From Octopus sinensis (lineage: Eukaryota), in the NCBI RefSeq assembly GCF_006345805.1, contig NC_043003.1, positions 35,650,001-35,714,000 of the forward strand: 64,000 bases of DNA. The letters run 5' to 3'. Both the position numbers and the translations under genes were made by a program. Shown one piece after another: positions 1-13,140 of the stretch. Numbering within the stretch: position 1 is the stretch's first letter; each line of letters starts with the position of its first letter. The notes beneath the pieces were generated by a model. It was not told the origin of the DNA and did not search any database. It worked only from the letters and a program-made list of their open reading frames with translations.

Positions 1-96
1 AGATATGTTTCTCTTATTAGCCACACAGGGCTGGCACCGATAGAACAAATTACAAGGTAGAGCTTTTTCTTTTGAAGGTTTAAAAAAAAAAATAAA

Positions 97-127
<31 letters not shown>

Positions 128-1332
128 TAAAAATAAAATAAATAAAAAAGGGGGGTCGATCAAAAGGGATCGTAAAAGGAGAGAACGAGGACAAAACAGG
201 GGGGGTTAAAAAAAAAAGGGGGAGAGGAAAAAAAATTGATCAATAGGGATCGTTATCACAGAAATGTCAATATGAAGTGTAAAGGGGAGGACAGGTGAGG
301 TTACCCGTGGAAAGAAAAGCCTACGGAAAAGACCACGGTAACCTCGGTCAATGAAGTCACATGTTATATTCTTTTTTTTTTTTTTTTGCAAATAAGCAAC
401 TCTCTGTATTAATATTTACGGTTCAATAGAATCATAGTCAAGGTGGCTTCGTCATTCATATACGTGCCATCCTTGCTACATTCACCATCTTTTTTTAAAA
501 CATTCACTAGACAAAACTTGCCCTCTACTCTCACTTTTTTCTTCAAGTGATACTTGAAGAAGTTGGTGAGAGATGACCAGAGAGGAAAGTGTTTGTCTCT
601 AATCCTTTCAGACGCGTCCACCAGATACATTCTTTCGCCATAGCCCAAGTATGATAAAAATAGCTCTTCCTTCCCGTTTGAAGGAAGGAGGCGTGACGAT
701 ATTAACGATAGACTCGGCGGATAAACCGACACGTCCCACACGTGACAGCAGTCGTTCGCATAAGCCCACAGGTGGGAAATTGCTGGACACTGCACGATTG
801 CGTGCAGAGCGGTTTCGTCGCTCTGCCCGCATCTCGGGCAGGTCGGCCCCGTGTTTCTCGAGCCATGCCTATAGAGCTTATCCGAACGGGTAGCGCTTCT
901 CGGTAGCACCGCCAGGCCAGGGATCTCTGGAAGTTGTCCATAGGTCCCGGGCCGAAAGTCGTTTGAAACAGGCGGGTCAGGTATTCCTCGTCGACGCCCA
1001 GGTTTGCCCCGAGCTCGTCGTCGTACCTCCCCTCCACTAATCCCCTATAGAATGTTTTGGTTGTGTTGAAGTCACTCAAGGTCGACCCGGGACGGCAGAG
1101 TTGCTTGAGAGCAACGCGACACTCGCGGTTCCCTTCGCCCTTCTTCGGCCTCTTTTTGATCCACGACTGTAGTTCGGTCATGGAGACGAGTTGCGGGAAT
1201 GCGTGCCTCACAAACGGCGACCACACCTGTTCACCGTCGTCTACATAGAGCCGGAGATGTCGCAGTCTCAGCGCGTGTCTGCGCATCATCAACCACGGCA
1301 TGCCCAGCCCTCCTTTTAACGGGTGTTGACAG
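1..1332 (-). mobile_element. 5'-truncated Tx1/L1-clade non-LTR retrotransposon (ORF2 C-terminus plus 3' UTR), frameshifted
   Basis: Minus-strand frames join into GGLGMPWL...SLAWRCYREALPVRDKLYRHG...CPRCGQSDETALHAIVQCP (zf-RVT-type motif), spread over the ORFs at 702-1332, 409-909 and 608-832. A T-rich 3' UTR with aataaga lies near position 15. The region is GC-rich relative to its flanks. Confidence 0.85.
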
Positions 1333-1333
1333 C

Positions 1334-1334
<1 letters not shown>

Positions 1335-1392
<58 letters not shown>

Positions 1393-1468
1393 CAGATAGA
1401 TAGATATACATACATATATATATATGTATATATATATATATTATATATATATATACATACACACACAC

Positions 1469-1503
<35 letters not shown>

Positions 1504-1590
1504 CACATACATACATACGTACATACGTTTGTATACGTATAAAAACATACATACATGTACGCATATATGTATGTATGTGTGTATGCATTT
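1335..1590. repeat. Compound microsatellite (ATAG)n/(TA)n/(CATA)n
   Basis: Directly visible tandem units. Confidence 0.95.
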
Positions 1591-1931
1591 ATGAATGTGC
1601 ATTGGTACTTACAAGAAACGAAACCACTATTTATATGTGCATCTATTTCTATATTTAAAGATAATCGAGTCTAAAAGCACATTTGCGTATATGTTTGGAA
1701 TATTACGAATAGCAAGTGATGATATTTGATGTTTGATGCAAAATGAAATAGAAGGCGGAGGGGGACGAACAGAAAGAATGTTTTGTACGTTTATACCCAA
1801 AATAGTCTTCGCATTCAAAACTCTTAAGAAAAGTTTATCTCAAATGTGTACTGCTTTGATTTGACCTCATCCTCAGCCTTTCCTCCACGTTTTCACTGGT
1901 ACGACGGAGCATATATGCATGCATATGCATA

Positions 1932-1966
<35 letters not shown>

Positions 1967-2474
1967 AGAAATAAAAAAAAGGAAGCTGGAAGGTATTTCT
2001 TCCTTGCAAGCCGACACCGACAGAAAGAATCAAAATCCATAATCTTGCCAAATGATTGGTAGATGGTGGGGAGCCGATTAGAAATTTACAACAAAACGGA
2101 AATACGGCCAACTGTCGTTGCCTTGTTAACTTTATCATCCATTGACCGTGGGCATCTCTGGGGAATCTTTTCCAGAACGGAAATGTCTCATCCCTTTGTA
2201 TCATTCAGCCAAACTTTAGCAATTTGGGTTAGCCCTGCTATGATCTTCTATCATTGTTCTTCCAATTTTCTGCAGTTTCCATCTTCTAATTGTTAATAGA
2301 GATTAACCCCGTGATAGGGAAGAGAAGCGAAGACGGAAAGAAAAGAAAGACAGAAAGAAAGGAGTAATGAGAAAGTAAAAGTAACTGAAAGAGACGGAGA
2401 AAATGGGGGAAAGGAAAGAAAAATAGAGGAAATTAGATTGAGAGAATGAGACCTACATGCCTAATATGTCCGCT

Positions 2475-2660
2475 ACACACACACCAACTCTCACACACAC
2501 GCACACACAATACACACGCACGAACACACACACACAAACACGACACGCATACACACACACAAACACGACACACATACACACACACACACACACACAAACA
2601 CGACACGCATGACACACAAACACAGGCATATACACACAGCTGTACACACACATATAAACG
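2475..2660. repeat. Degenerate (CA)n microsatellite
   Basis: Directly visible; explains the HT/CV-repeat ORFs. Confidence 0.9.
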
Positions 2661-4179
2661 CAAACATGCATTTGCACAGCTCCATACATCTCAGCCACAA
2701 TATGTCACGTGACTTGCTCTCTTTTATGAGTCGACTATTCTGAATAAGAAGAGCACCGCTGACACAGGTGCAATAAATGAGAAAACTACAAGAATCGAAG
2801 CGTTAATTTGGGAATTAGGGGGCAAGTATTTCTTAGTCCCCTGCACAAAATGTTAACACTTAAATTAGAGATATAAAATGGAAGCTTTAAAGAGGAATTT
2901 CATAACTGACTGCAGTCGCGAAACCATACTAAAACGGTATTAAATATTCTCAATGGAATGGTCGTGACAATTAAACCATGTAAAAAGAACGTTCGTATTG
3001 TCCAGCATCATGACAAATACTTGGTGACTGAGACTGTGCTCTCTTCTTTTACAGTCGAAATATCTCTTATCGCGGTACTTTTGTCTCGTGATTGGGAAAT
3101 AAATATAATTAGAAGGTAATATTGCTGACTTTATGAGGAGGAATACTGTACTAAAATAATAGTAAAGCCAAAAATATTCAGAATATAAAAGTAATAAGAG
3201 GAGATAATAATATAATTATCTAAGCATTCACAACCAGTAAACATCAAAAAATTAGAGTTCAATTTACATTTTTCTTCAAATTTTCATTTCATTTTCTGTT
3301 GTAGAGGCATCGACAAAGTCCACTGGAACGATAATATCGTTCATCATCGTGGAATTTTCTTTGTCGACGTAAGACATAAGATGAGTTTGTAGTAGGAGGT
3401 GTTTTCCTAATAAGTGAAACATTGAATTAACTGTCAGAAACCAAGGTTAACACGTAGAATCAAGGTTAAACGATCGACACAATTTGTATTTTAGATCTGA
3501 GAGTCAATGCAAGAATGATTTATATCTTGAATAAATTCATAGAATGATGTGAAACTAGCACCACAACAGAATGAAAAACTGATTTATTTTTTGTTCATCC
3601 ATAAGTAGTTGGATGATTTGTTTAATTATTCTACGTGATCAATTAAAATCTATCTCTGGCTTATTGATCCTCACACCGTGACGGGGCAATAACATGTTCA
3701 ACAAGATATGTTCTGATGTTCTGATGATGGTTTTTTTTTTTTTTATCTGATTAAGCAACTTGCTACTCTGTTGTGTCTGGTGAGAATCATATTCTTTTTG
3801 TGTCTTATAATATAACACACTCACCGGTAAAATTTCCACTTATTTCTTATTTTTATTTTCCTAAAATTTTCGTTGCGTCTTGCAACCTTTTCAATAGTTT
3901 TGACTCCGTCCGTTATTTACACTGCGTTCCCTTTTGTTTGTTTGTGCTCATGTGTGTGGGTCAGTGTTTGTGTGTGTGTGCCTATACATGCCTGCATATA
4001 CGTATGTATGTATGTGTGTGTTTGCATGTGTATGTATGTATATATGTGTTGTGTGAGTGTGTGTGTATGCACCTTTATTAACTGAGTTTGATAATACACA
4101 CACACACACTCACTCTCTAGTTCTCTCTCTCTCTTTCAGTCACACACACATCCAATAACCCACAGTTTCTTTTTGCTTT

Positions 4180-4605
4180 ACTCTCTCTTTTTTACTCTTT
4201 TACTCTTTTACTTGTTTCAGTCATTTGACTGCGGCCATGCTGGAGCGCCGCCTTTAGTCGAGCAAATCGACCCCGGGACTTATTCTTTGTAAGCCCAGTA
4301 CTTATTCTATCGGTCTCTTTTGCCGAACCGCTAAGTGACGGGGACGTAAACACACCAGCATCGGTTGTCAAGCAATGCTAGGGGGACAAACACAGACACA
4401 CAAACTCACACATACATATATATATATATATATACATATATACGACAGGCTTCTTTCAGTTTCCGTCTACCAAATCCACTCACAAGGCATTGGTCGGCCC
4501 GGGGCTATAGCAGAAGACACTGCCCAAGATGCCACGCAGTGGGACTGAACCCGGAACCATGTGGTTGGTTAGCAAGCTACTTACCACACAGCCACTCCTG
4601 CGCCT
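4180..4605 (-). mobile_element. tRNA-derived SINE, family A (octopus type), full length
   Basis: Minus strand starts aggcgcaggagtggctgtgtggtaag (A-box-like) ... ggttccgggttcagtccc (B-box-like), then an internal microsatellite and an (agagta)n tail. A second copy is at 17055-17499. Confidence 0.85.
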
Positions 4606-4829
4606 ATAGTGGATAACGTTTAAACAAGCGATGCTTGTAAAGAAGACAAAAAGGAAAAGCACAAGGGGAATAACGCACGTAACAATAATTCGACGTCAAG
4701 CAGACGTAAACCTGATGTTAAGGGTTTATTAAGGGCCTGGTGGTCTACTTTTAATTTCCGACAAGATGTTTTGTTGTTGTTGTTGTTGTTGTTATTGTTT
4801 TGTTGTTGTTTTTTTTTAATGTAGACATA

Positions 4830-5950
4830 CAGATAAAATCGCGTTCCTTGAATTTATGCGTTCGTTAGAGGTTCCCGAGTGTTTTAATAGATGTAATTTT
4901 TAAAGTGAACCCACTGAACATTTTCTAGACCCGTTAATATAGGGTCTGGATTTAGAGAGGATTCTCCATTTGATACCGAAATTGGTCCCTTCATCTTTCA
5001 GTTTCCGGATTAAAGCCGAAAGATTATTGAATACCGCTTATCAGCCAATTCGAAAGATGGTTGTTATATCTAGATTTAGAGAGTTATATCTGGATTTAGA
5101 GAGGATTCTCCATTTGATACCGAAATTGGTCCCTTCATCTTTTAGTTTCCGGATTAAAGCCGAAAGATTATTGTATACCGCTTATCACGGTTCCTCCAAT
5201 TCGAAAGATGGTTGTTATATCTAGATTTAAATTTTCCTTCCACGCCTCTGATATAACGTGTGATATTTATACGACCGTTGTCGTAGTTTGCTGAAACAAC
5301 GGAAGATATATAACACTCCAGTCCTAAATGATATTTTGGTTTGTCTCTATGCATCGGGCATAGGCTTGAGTCGTCCGTTGCTTACTGTACTGATATAAGA
5401 TTTAACTTTAGAAGGACAGGAAAAAGTATCGTTTATAGTATATCTGTTAAAGATTTTGTTGCGTATATATGGGTTCTAGAGAAGTAGATATCTACTGAGT
5501 ACAAGAATCTCCTATCTACATTTGTCCTAACGTTATAGGAGAAAGTGGGGAAAGCCATTAAAAAATTACGAAACCTATTCTTTCGACTAGGTGATGGAGA
5601 AGGTGTGGATTGTAGAAGATTTTATCAGTAAAGCCGCTATCCTGCAGAACCTTATTATAATATGCGACAGCCTTTTCGAATATTTCTGGAAAAGAAGAAA
5701 AGCATGTGATCCTACGGTTAATATATGGAATTAGGTTTTTAAATAAAATACGTGGGTGACAGAAGTGTTTATTAATATATTCAAGGTACTCGCTAGATTT
5801 ATGGAAGGACTTCTGTGTATTAGTTCTAGATGTTTTCTAATATCTTTAAACTACGTAGCTATTTGCAAGATTTGTGGGCTTTATTTTAGGATTATCTTTA
5901 CCGTCTTATCTGATCGAGAGCTTTTCTACTTGTTGAAATATTTCTACAAA
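4830..5950 (-). mobile_element. Penelope-like element 3' remnant (post-RT linker plus GIY-YIG endonuclease)
   Basis: Minus-strand FRNFLMAFPTFSYNVRTNVDRRF...YNKIFNR, YIRGVEGKFKSRYNNHLS, KLKDEGTNFGIKWRILSKSRPYINGSRKC match the Penelope linker and GIY-YIG layout. Multiple stops. Confidence 0.75.
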
Positions 5951-6101
5951 ACAAACACGCACGTGCGCACAGAGACGCACAACACACTCATATGTGTGTG
6001 TATGTGTGTGTATGTGTGTTTATGTATCTATGTACATTCTGCGATTTCAAGGAGTTGCGTGCTTCCGTTTCAGCTCTCACGTCCACACACACACACACAC
6101 A

Positions 6102-6177
<76 letters not shown>

Positions 6178-6270
6178 TGAATTTCTGCTAAGGTAAAATC
6201 AAGATAAGGGTATTCCATCCGGTGAGAGATCAATATTGTTTAATGTACATAGTATATAGTTTCTTTCAAA

Positions 6271-6670
6271 GGTGGCGAGCTGGCTGAAACGTTAGCACGC
6301 CGGGCGAAATGCGTAGCCGTATTTCGTCTGCCGTTACGTTCTGAGTTCAAATTCCCCCGAGGTCGACTTTGCCTTTCATCCTTTCGGGGGTCGACGAATT
6401 AAGTACCAGTTACGCACTGGGGTCGATATAATCGACTTAATCCGTTTGTCTGTCCTTGTTTGTCATCTCTGTGTTTAGCTCCATGTGGGTAGTAAAGAAA
6501 TAGGTACTTCGTCTCTCTTTACGTTCTGAGTTCAAATTTCACGCAACAGACTTTACTTTTCATTCTTTGGGGGTCGATAAATTAAGTACCAGTTGCGTAC
6601 TGGAGCTGATCTACACGACTGGCCCCGTCCCCTAAAATTTCGTCCCTTGTGCCTGGAGTAGAAAAGAATT
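6271..6670 (+). mobile_element. SINE family B (octopus type), dimeric
   Basis: Head ggtggcgagctggctgaaacgttagc; the B-box-like gagttcaaatt occurs twice; tail gtagaaaagaattat. Confidence 0.85.
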
Positions 6671-7187
6671 ATAGTTAATTTCAGTAGCTTCTTACATGAG
6701 TCATTAATAATGTCTAATAGTTTTTAGGCAGGTAGCGATCTTCCGGCGCTGATTTGTCCTGTATTATAACTTGTATAGGATATGTGCTCAGTACTTGAAG
6801 ATTATGAGTACTTGGAGACACTTGGCGTTTTACTAAAACCTGCCTAGAAAATATCTCTGATGTATGAAACTATTAGTAGCGCATAAGTATATACTGTGTA
6901 CATTAAATAGTAAGATATACATATATATGCACGCGTGTGTTTGTATGTGGAAATTTTTGTGTATGTGTATGTATGCATGCATGCCTGTATGTATGTATAT
7001 ATGTATGTATGTATGCATGCATGTATGTATACGCTCAGACAATAATACACTCGGAAGGTAATAAAATTAAGAATGGAAAGAGAAAGAAGAGAATCGAAAT
7101 GTGTTGGAGCACGTGTACGATGTCGGAAGATAAAAGAATGAAAAAAACACATATATATATAACAATACACACACACACACACACACG

Positions 7188-7223
<36 letters not shown>

Positions 7224-7316
7224 TGAATTTCTGCTAAGGTTAAATCAAGATAAGGGTATTCCATCCGGTGAGAGATCAATATTGTTTAATGTACATAGTA
7301 TATAGTTTCTTTCAAA

Positions 7317-7716
7317 GGTGGCGAGCTGGCTGAAACGTTAGCACGCCGGGCGAAATGCGTAGCCGTATTTCGTCTGCCGTTACGTTCTGAGTTCAAATTC
7401 CCCCGAGGTCGACTTTGCCTTTCATCCTTTCGGGGGTCGACGAATTAAGTACCAGTTACGCACTGGGGTCGATATAATCGACTTAATCCGTTTGTCTGTC
7501 CTTGTTTGTCATCTCTGTGTTTAGCTCCATGTGGGTAGTAAAGAAATAGGTACTTCGTCTCTCTTTACGTTCTGAGTTCAAATTTCACGCAACAGACTTT
7601 ACTTTTCATTCTTTGGGGGTCGATAAATTAAGTACCAGTTGCGTACTGGAGCTGATCTACACGACTGGCCCCGTCCCCTAAAATTTCGTCCCTTGTGCCT
7701 GGAGTAGAAAAGAATT
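7317..7716 (+). mobile_element. SINE family B dimer (duplicated copy)
   Basis: Same as 6271-6670, inside the tandem duplication. Confidence 0.85.
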
Positions 7717-9349
7717 ATAGTTAATTTCAGTAGCTTCTTACATGAGTCATTAATAATGTCTAATAGTTTTTAGGCAGGCAGCGATCTTCCGGCGCTGATT
7801 TGTCCTGTATTATAACTTGTATAGGATATGTGCTCAGTACTTGAAGATTATGAGTACTTGGAGACACTTGGCGTTTTACTAAAACCTGCCTAGAAAATAT
7901 CTCTGATGTATGAAACTATTAGTAGCGCATAAGTATATACTGTGTACATTAAATAGTAAAGATATACATATATATGCACGCGTGTGTTTGTATGTGGAAA
8001 TTTTTGTGTATGTGTATGTATGCATGCATGCCTGTATGTATGTATATATGTATGTATGTATGCATGCATGTATGTATACGCTCAGACAATAATACACTCG
8101 GAAGGTAATAAAATTAAGAATGGAAAGAGAAAGAAGAGAATCGAAATGTGTTGGAGCACGTGTACGATGTCGGAAGATAAAAGAATGAAAAAAACACACA
8201 TATATATATAACAATACACACACACACACACACACATACGCCAACACAAATACACATGCATACACAAATGTTCACACACACACTCGATCGCGCATACATA
8301 TATAAAAAATGACAGATATATAGAAAGATTGAGAGACAAATTTGTATTAGGTTTTGTGATCCAAAATACATCGCTTTAAAATTACTGAAATGAAATTAGT
8401 CACTGTTAATGTGGCATGTCGTCTTTGCAGTAATTCCATGCAATTCTCTAGGAATTATTCACTTGTCTATGAAAGTTATTCAATTTCATGTAGAATTAAT
8501 GGTATTAGCAACTCATTAACAATGTCAAACTTGCCTTCATTTCCCCTTTCATTTTATATGTCTTTCTTTTCCTCTTAAATTTATTCTCCGTGTTTCTTAC
8601 TGTCGTATGCTCATTCTTCCGTTCTTTCTTTCTTTCAATCACTATTTCTGTCTCCTCTACTTCGCCGTCTTGCTCTTACTTTATTTGAATTTATTTATCA
8701 TTTCAAGTGTTATTTTTCTCCTTTTAGTTTTTTCTTTTATTTTATAAGGAATTGTTTACTGTATTTTCGTATTTTTTAAAAATATAAATCACTCATCCTC
8801 TCTATCTTTTCCTTTTATTCTCTCTCTGTTATACGCCTTTATGCAGATACATACACATGTAAACGTACTTACATATATTTATTTATTTGCATACACACAT
8901 ACACACACGCAGAATGTGTGTATATTTTCCTACCGATCGACATTCAGGACATGTAGAACATTCTGCGACTAGTCGATTATTCAGCAGGTATACAGTAAGA
9001 CAAAGCCCTGCGAAGCTTTCCGATAAGTAGTACTTGGATACGAGGGAATGAATGAATGGAAGTAAAGAATTCAGAAGGTACACAAGTGTGATCTAACAAG
9101 CGTGTTTACGTACAATATTAAGAATTCATTAACTCAGTGAAGTTTCTTACTTAGTACATTATGGTGCTAAGGAAATATGAGGTTAGAAAATTTAAAATTT
9201 AGGGACATTTGAGGAGGTCACTGGATATGCAGAAATCTTACGAAACTGGTCTTAATTTAAATGAAATAGAAAGTTATTCATAGAGATACCACCGCTGTTC
9301 TAAATGCGTTTGTGGGATCTGAGTACGTGTATATTTATGAATGTATGTG

Positions 9350-9740
9350 TGTTTGGGGGCTGTGAAATCGTTATTAATTGCCATAGGGTCATGGAAACTT
9401 ATTAGTGTTATCCATGTAATGTAGTATTTTCTCCTCAAGGTGGAATAGTTGGTAGATAAATTGCCCCCTATGAGCAAACAGTGTGACGCTTTGTGGCTTC
9501 CCAATTAGCATCCTCTCTAAGCACACCTCACACTATAACACAGGCGTGATAGCGGATAAGAACTTTGTGAGCCAATGTCTCCATAACCTATGTAGGAGAA
9601 GGGCCCCATCAAAATTGCCAAACGCAATGAAAGAAGAAAATTACAGCGACGAGTTCCAGTTTTGTAAATCCTGCAGAAACACGCATCGAATCCAGCAGAA
9701 GCACTTGTCGAATTGGAAGTTAATGACAATAATATTATAA
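9350..9740 (-). mobile_element. Possible highly decayed Penelope-like RT fragment
   Basis: Minus-strand NFQFDKCF followed by MGPFS resembles the NNYFQFD...GxAMG region of Penelope RTs. Weak, eyeball match only. Confidence 0.3.
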
Positions 9741-10110
9741 TATAGAGATTTTGAAGATGCATAATTCTCCATTCTCTTTTTGATGTCTTCATTATATACT
9801 CTTCATGGCGTATGGAAAACAAATTTAGGACTTACCCATCGAAGTGTAATTATTCACCTAAAACAATGGAAGAACATTTTACAATTTGTCGTACTTCGAC
9901 ACAAAAATATTCACAATCTTCCGCCTCAATAACCCACTATTTTCCCTGAAAGTTGTTCTTATATATTTACTACACATTGCTTGAAGCTAATTTCCTTCCT
10001 ACACCTCGATTCATGGATCTTATATATGTGCGTGTGTGAGAGAGGATTTATGTGTATGTATGTATGTATGTATGTATGTATGTATGTATGTATGTATATA
10101 TGTATGTATG

Positions 10111-10323
10111 TGTAATTCGGCTGGAGGACTTAAACGACATGCAAAGGTACATGAAGCCCAGTTACAATTACAGCCGGCTATTACCGGTAAAGGTTTTAGT
10201 TGCCAGTTCAGTACAAGACATTGTAGATCTTTAGCTGGGCTAAAAAGTCACATTCGATCACAGCACCAGTAACAGTTAAGCTTCGTGAAATGGCCATACT
10301 CGATAACGAAAGGGCAGCCATCA
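10111..10323 (+). mobile_element. RTE-clade LINE 3' end (C-terminal zinc-finger-like segment plus 3' UTR)
   Basis: CNSAGGLKRHAKVH...FSCQFSTRHCRSLAGLKSHIRSQHQ*, followed by gccatactcgataacgaaagggcagccatcat (RTE-type 3' end). Flanked by (TATG)n on both sides. Confidence 0.75.
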
Positions 10324-13102
10324 TATATGTACGTATGTATGTATGTGTATGTATGTATGTATGTTGTATGTATGTATGTATGTATGTATGTATGTATATA
10401 TGTATGTATGTATGTATGTATGCATGCATGTATGTATGTATATGCGTGTAGCTTCTTTATGGTACCTTTTCTCTCCGATTATTATCGGTCTCACCTCCGT
10501 TATCTCTTTCACTGGATATCCCCCTAACTCTCTTCAGTCATCATTTTTTACCATAGACTAAGAATTCTGTCTTTCTCCCAGTTTCATTCGCTTCCTTTTG
10601 TTATAGTTATTTTGCTTACACTGTCCTCATTGTTTCTATATGTACTCATCATATTACTGTTTTCTTGTCCCCCTTATGTTATCAACTGACGGAAAAGCAT
10701 AGAAAAAAATAAGCAGACAAAATAATGGGAAATAAAACCCTAGTCTTCTTAATTTTCATCATTTATCTCACGCGCCTTTTTCCTTAATCTTTTTCTATAC
10801 TCTGTATTCTCCAATTTTAAGAGTTTGTACATTTGTTTCAAAATTTATCCCCATTTCATTTTAACGCCCCCCTCTCTCTCTCTCTCTCTCTCTGCTTCTT
10901 CATCCTTCTCTAAATATTTCAGTTTTCCATAGTAACTTTCTTGATCGTCCTTTCATTCTGTGACTTTCTCTACTTGTTTATTCCCTCACCCCTCTCTCCT
11001 TTTAAGAAAATTTTTTCAAAGCTTTTCTCTATCTTCTACGTTTCTATTTTCCATGCGTCTCTCTCCTCAACAGACCAACACTTTATCTCTCTCTGCATTT
11101 CTACTCATTATTTCTCTAAACCTGATACTGTTTCATTCATTCAATCTTTGTATTTGCTTTTGTGTTTTTGCTCTTTTTTTTTACAGTTTCAATATTAGTT
11201 ATTATTAACTAAAATTGAAATTAAAATTTTTTCAAAGAAAAAAATTCCATTCAATAAATAATAAAAGTAACAGCAACACATTTCATATAAAAAGAAAAAT
11301 CAACGCTTAGCATTACTTCACTTTAGAATAATATTATACATTTTAATTGCTGATACGCTCCATTGAATTTAATCCATTGCCTTCTCCACTTGAAAAAATT
11401 ATAATAGTGTCCATTTGACTGCACTACACCTATTAATTAGAGAACGTTGATTGCGATCAAGGGTCAGCTTTACACTAACATTGTACTAATACGATTGAAA
11501 CACTATGCAGCTAGCTAGCTATTCAGGGATTCTGCAGTTTGCAATATAAAGTGGTAACGTGGTTAGAAATGCCCAAAACTGAAGTAGGAAGGGGAAGATT
11601 AAAGAATTAAAAGTCGTGACAGTTACAATTATTATCAACTAGTGAAAATGAAAATTTCGAGGACAGAAGACATAGTAATCTGAAAGATAATGATAGTAAT
11701 AACGATACCTTCATTAGCTAAAAAGGATTTGCAAAAAGATCGATTGTACAAAATGATACACTACAATAGAATGTTGGATTGCATAAAAGAGTGTGGAAAG
11801 TAAAATAACAGAACATAGAAACAAAAGCCTCACACAAGAAATGTCTCCAAAAGGCGAAGATTTCCTAGCGATGTTCCTGAAAACCTCACAAAACTAGGGA
11901 GAATACCCCTCTTTATCGTCCTCCCTGAATCTACAGGCAAATATTTTGAGCAGAACCGTTCACTTGGGTCACTCTTGATACTCTCGTTCAGCGGCCAAAA
12001 TATGTTGGAAGGCAGTATTTCACTCTCAACGCACAATTTCTTATTCAAGCTCTACTTGAAAATACTTATGAGGGCTTGACCAAAGAGAAAGGTCCCCAGC
12101 CATTTCTGTTTGGTTCACCACGCAACAGACCGATAAACACTGCATATCTTTCCCGGCAAAAGAAAGGCGTCAGGACGACCTTCCCGACAAAAGAAAGGTT
12201 GTAGGATGATGTTTACAAACGGACTCACTCGATAGCCAGATCCGAATAGTTCTTCCCATAATCTTTCGCACCCCTGTCTTTCCCTCTTTATTTCTTCCTT
12301 TTCATTGTCGTCTCTCGTTTCAATTCTGCTGTATTTTTCTATTCTTCCATCAGTATGTGCTTCCCTTTTTAGACGGTGTTTAAAATTTTCTTCTCTACAT
12401 TTTAAGTTCCCTTGTTTTTTTTTTATATTTTTCAACAAGCTGTTACTATGTTCTTTAAATCTACCTTCTAGATTTCATGGCGCGATGCTATTATCGCATA
12501 TCTTCGATAGAGAAAAGATGCCACTCTTATCGCGCAGGGAAATAAAGATGTTTGTCAACCTTCTTAGCTAAAATCTATTTGCACCTTAACTGCATCGGGA
12601 GAAAACTAAAACTGAGTGGGTGCTGAAAATTTCCTGCCTTTGCATAAGAGAAAATACAGTAAAGTTCAGTTAATTACGATTTTATTCAACATATTCTCTC
12701 TAATTCACATTACAGCGGTCCTTCAATATTTCTAAGCTTTGTAAAAGAACTCGGAATGTTGCGCCTACAACCAGGCCTTTCGTGATAACTTTTAAATCAG
12801 GAACTTTTCAGCATCCCCTCGTATATAGAAATGTTGCGCTGCCAGCATCTTAACTGCCATTTATAAGAAGAGAATGCAATGCGCTTGTGAATGTATGAGG
12901 CTTAGTTGCTACAGAGCTCGACTTACGACCATAAGTTTGCGGGTTCAATTTCCGGACGTGGTTTCCCCAGCAGTTTATTTCCCGTAGCTCTAATTTACTC
13001 AGCTGCTATAATATTCGACTCCTGGTGGGGAACTCCCTCCCTTCCTATACATCTATTTCACCTCCTTCTTTCTCTCCCTCTTTTTCTCTCTCTCCTTCTC
13101 TG

Positions 13103-13140
<38 letters not shown>

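Larger units (their letters stand above)
6130..8235 (+). repeat. Near-identical tandem duplication, period 1046 bp
   Basis: gtttgaatttctgctaagg starts at 6175 and 7221. The copies match to their ends with about 4 differences seen; breakpoints lie in (CA)n(TA)n tracts. Confidence 0.95.
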
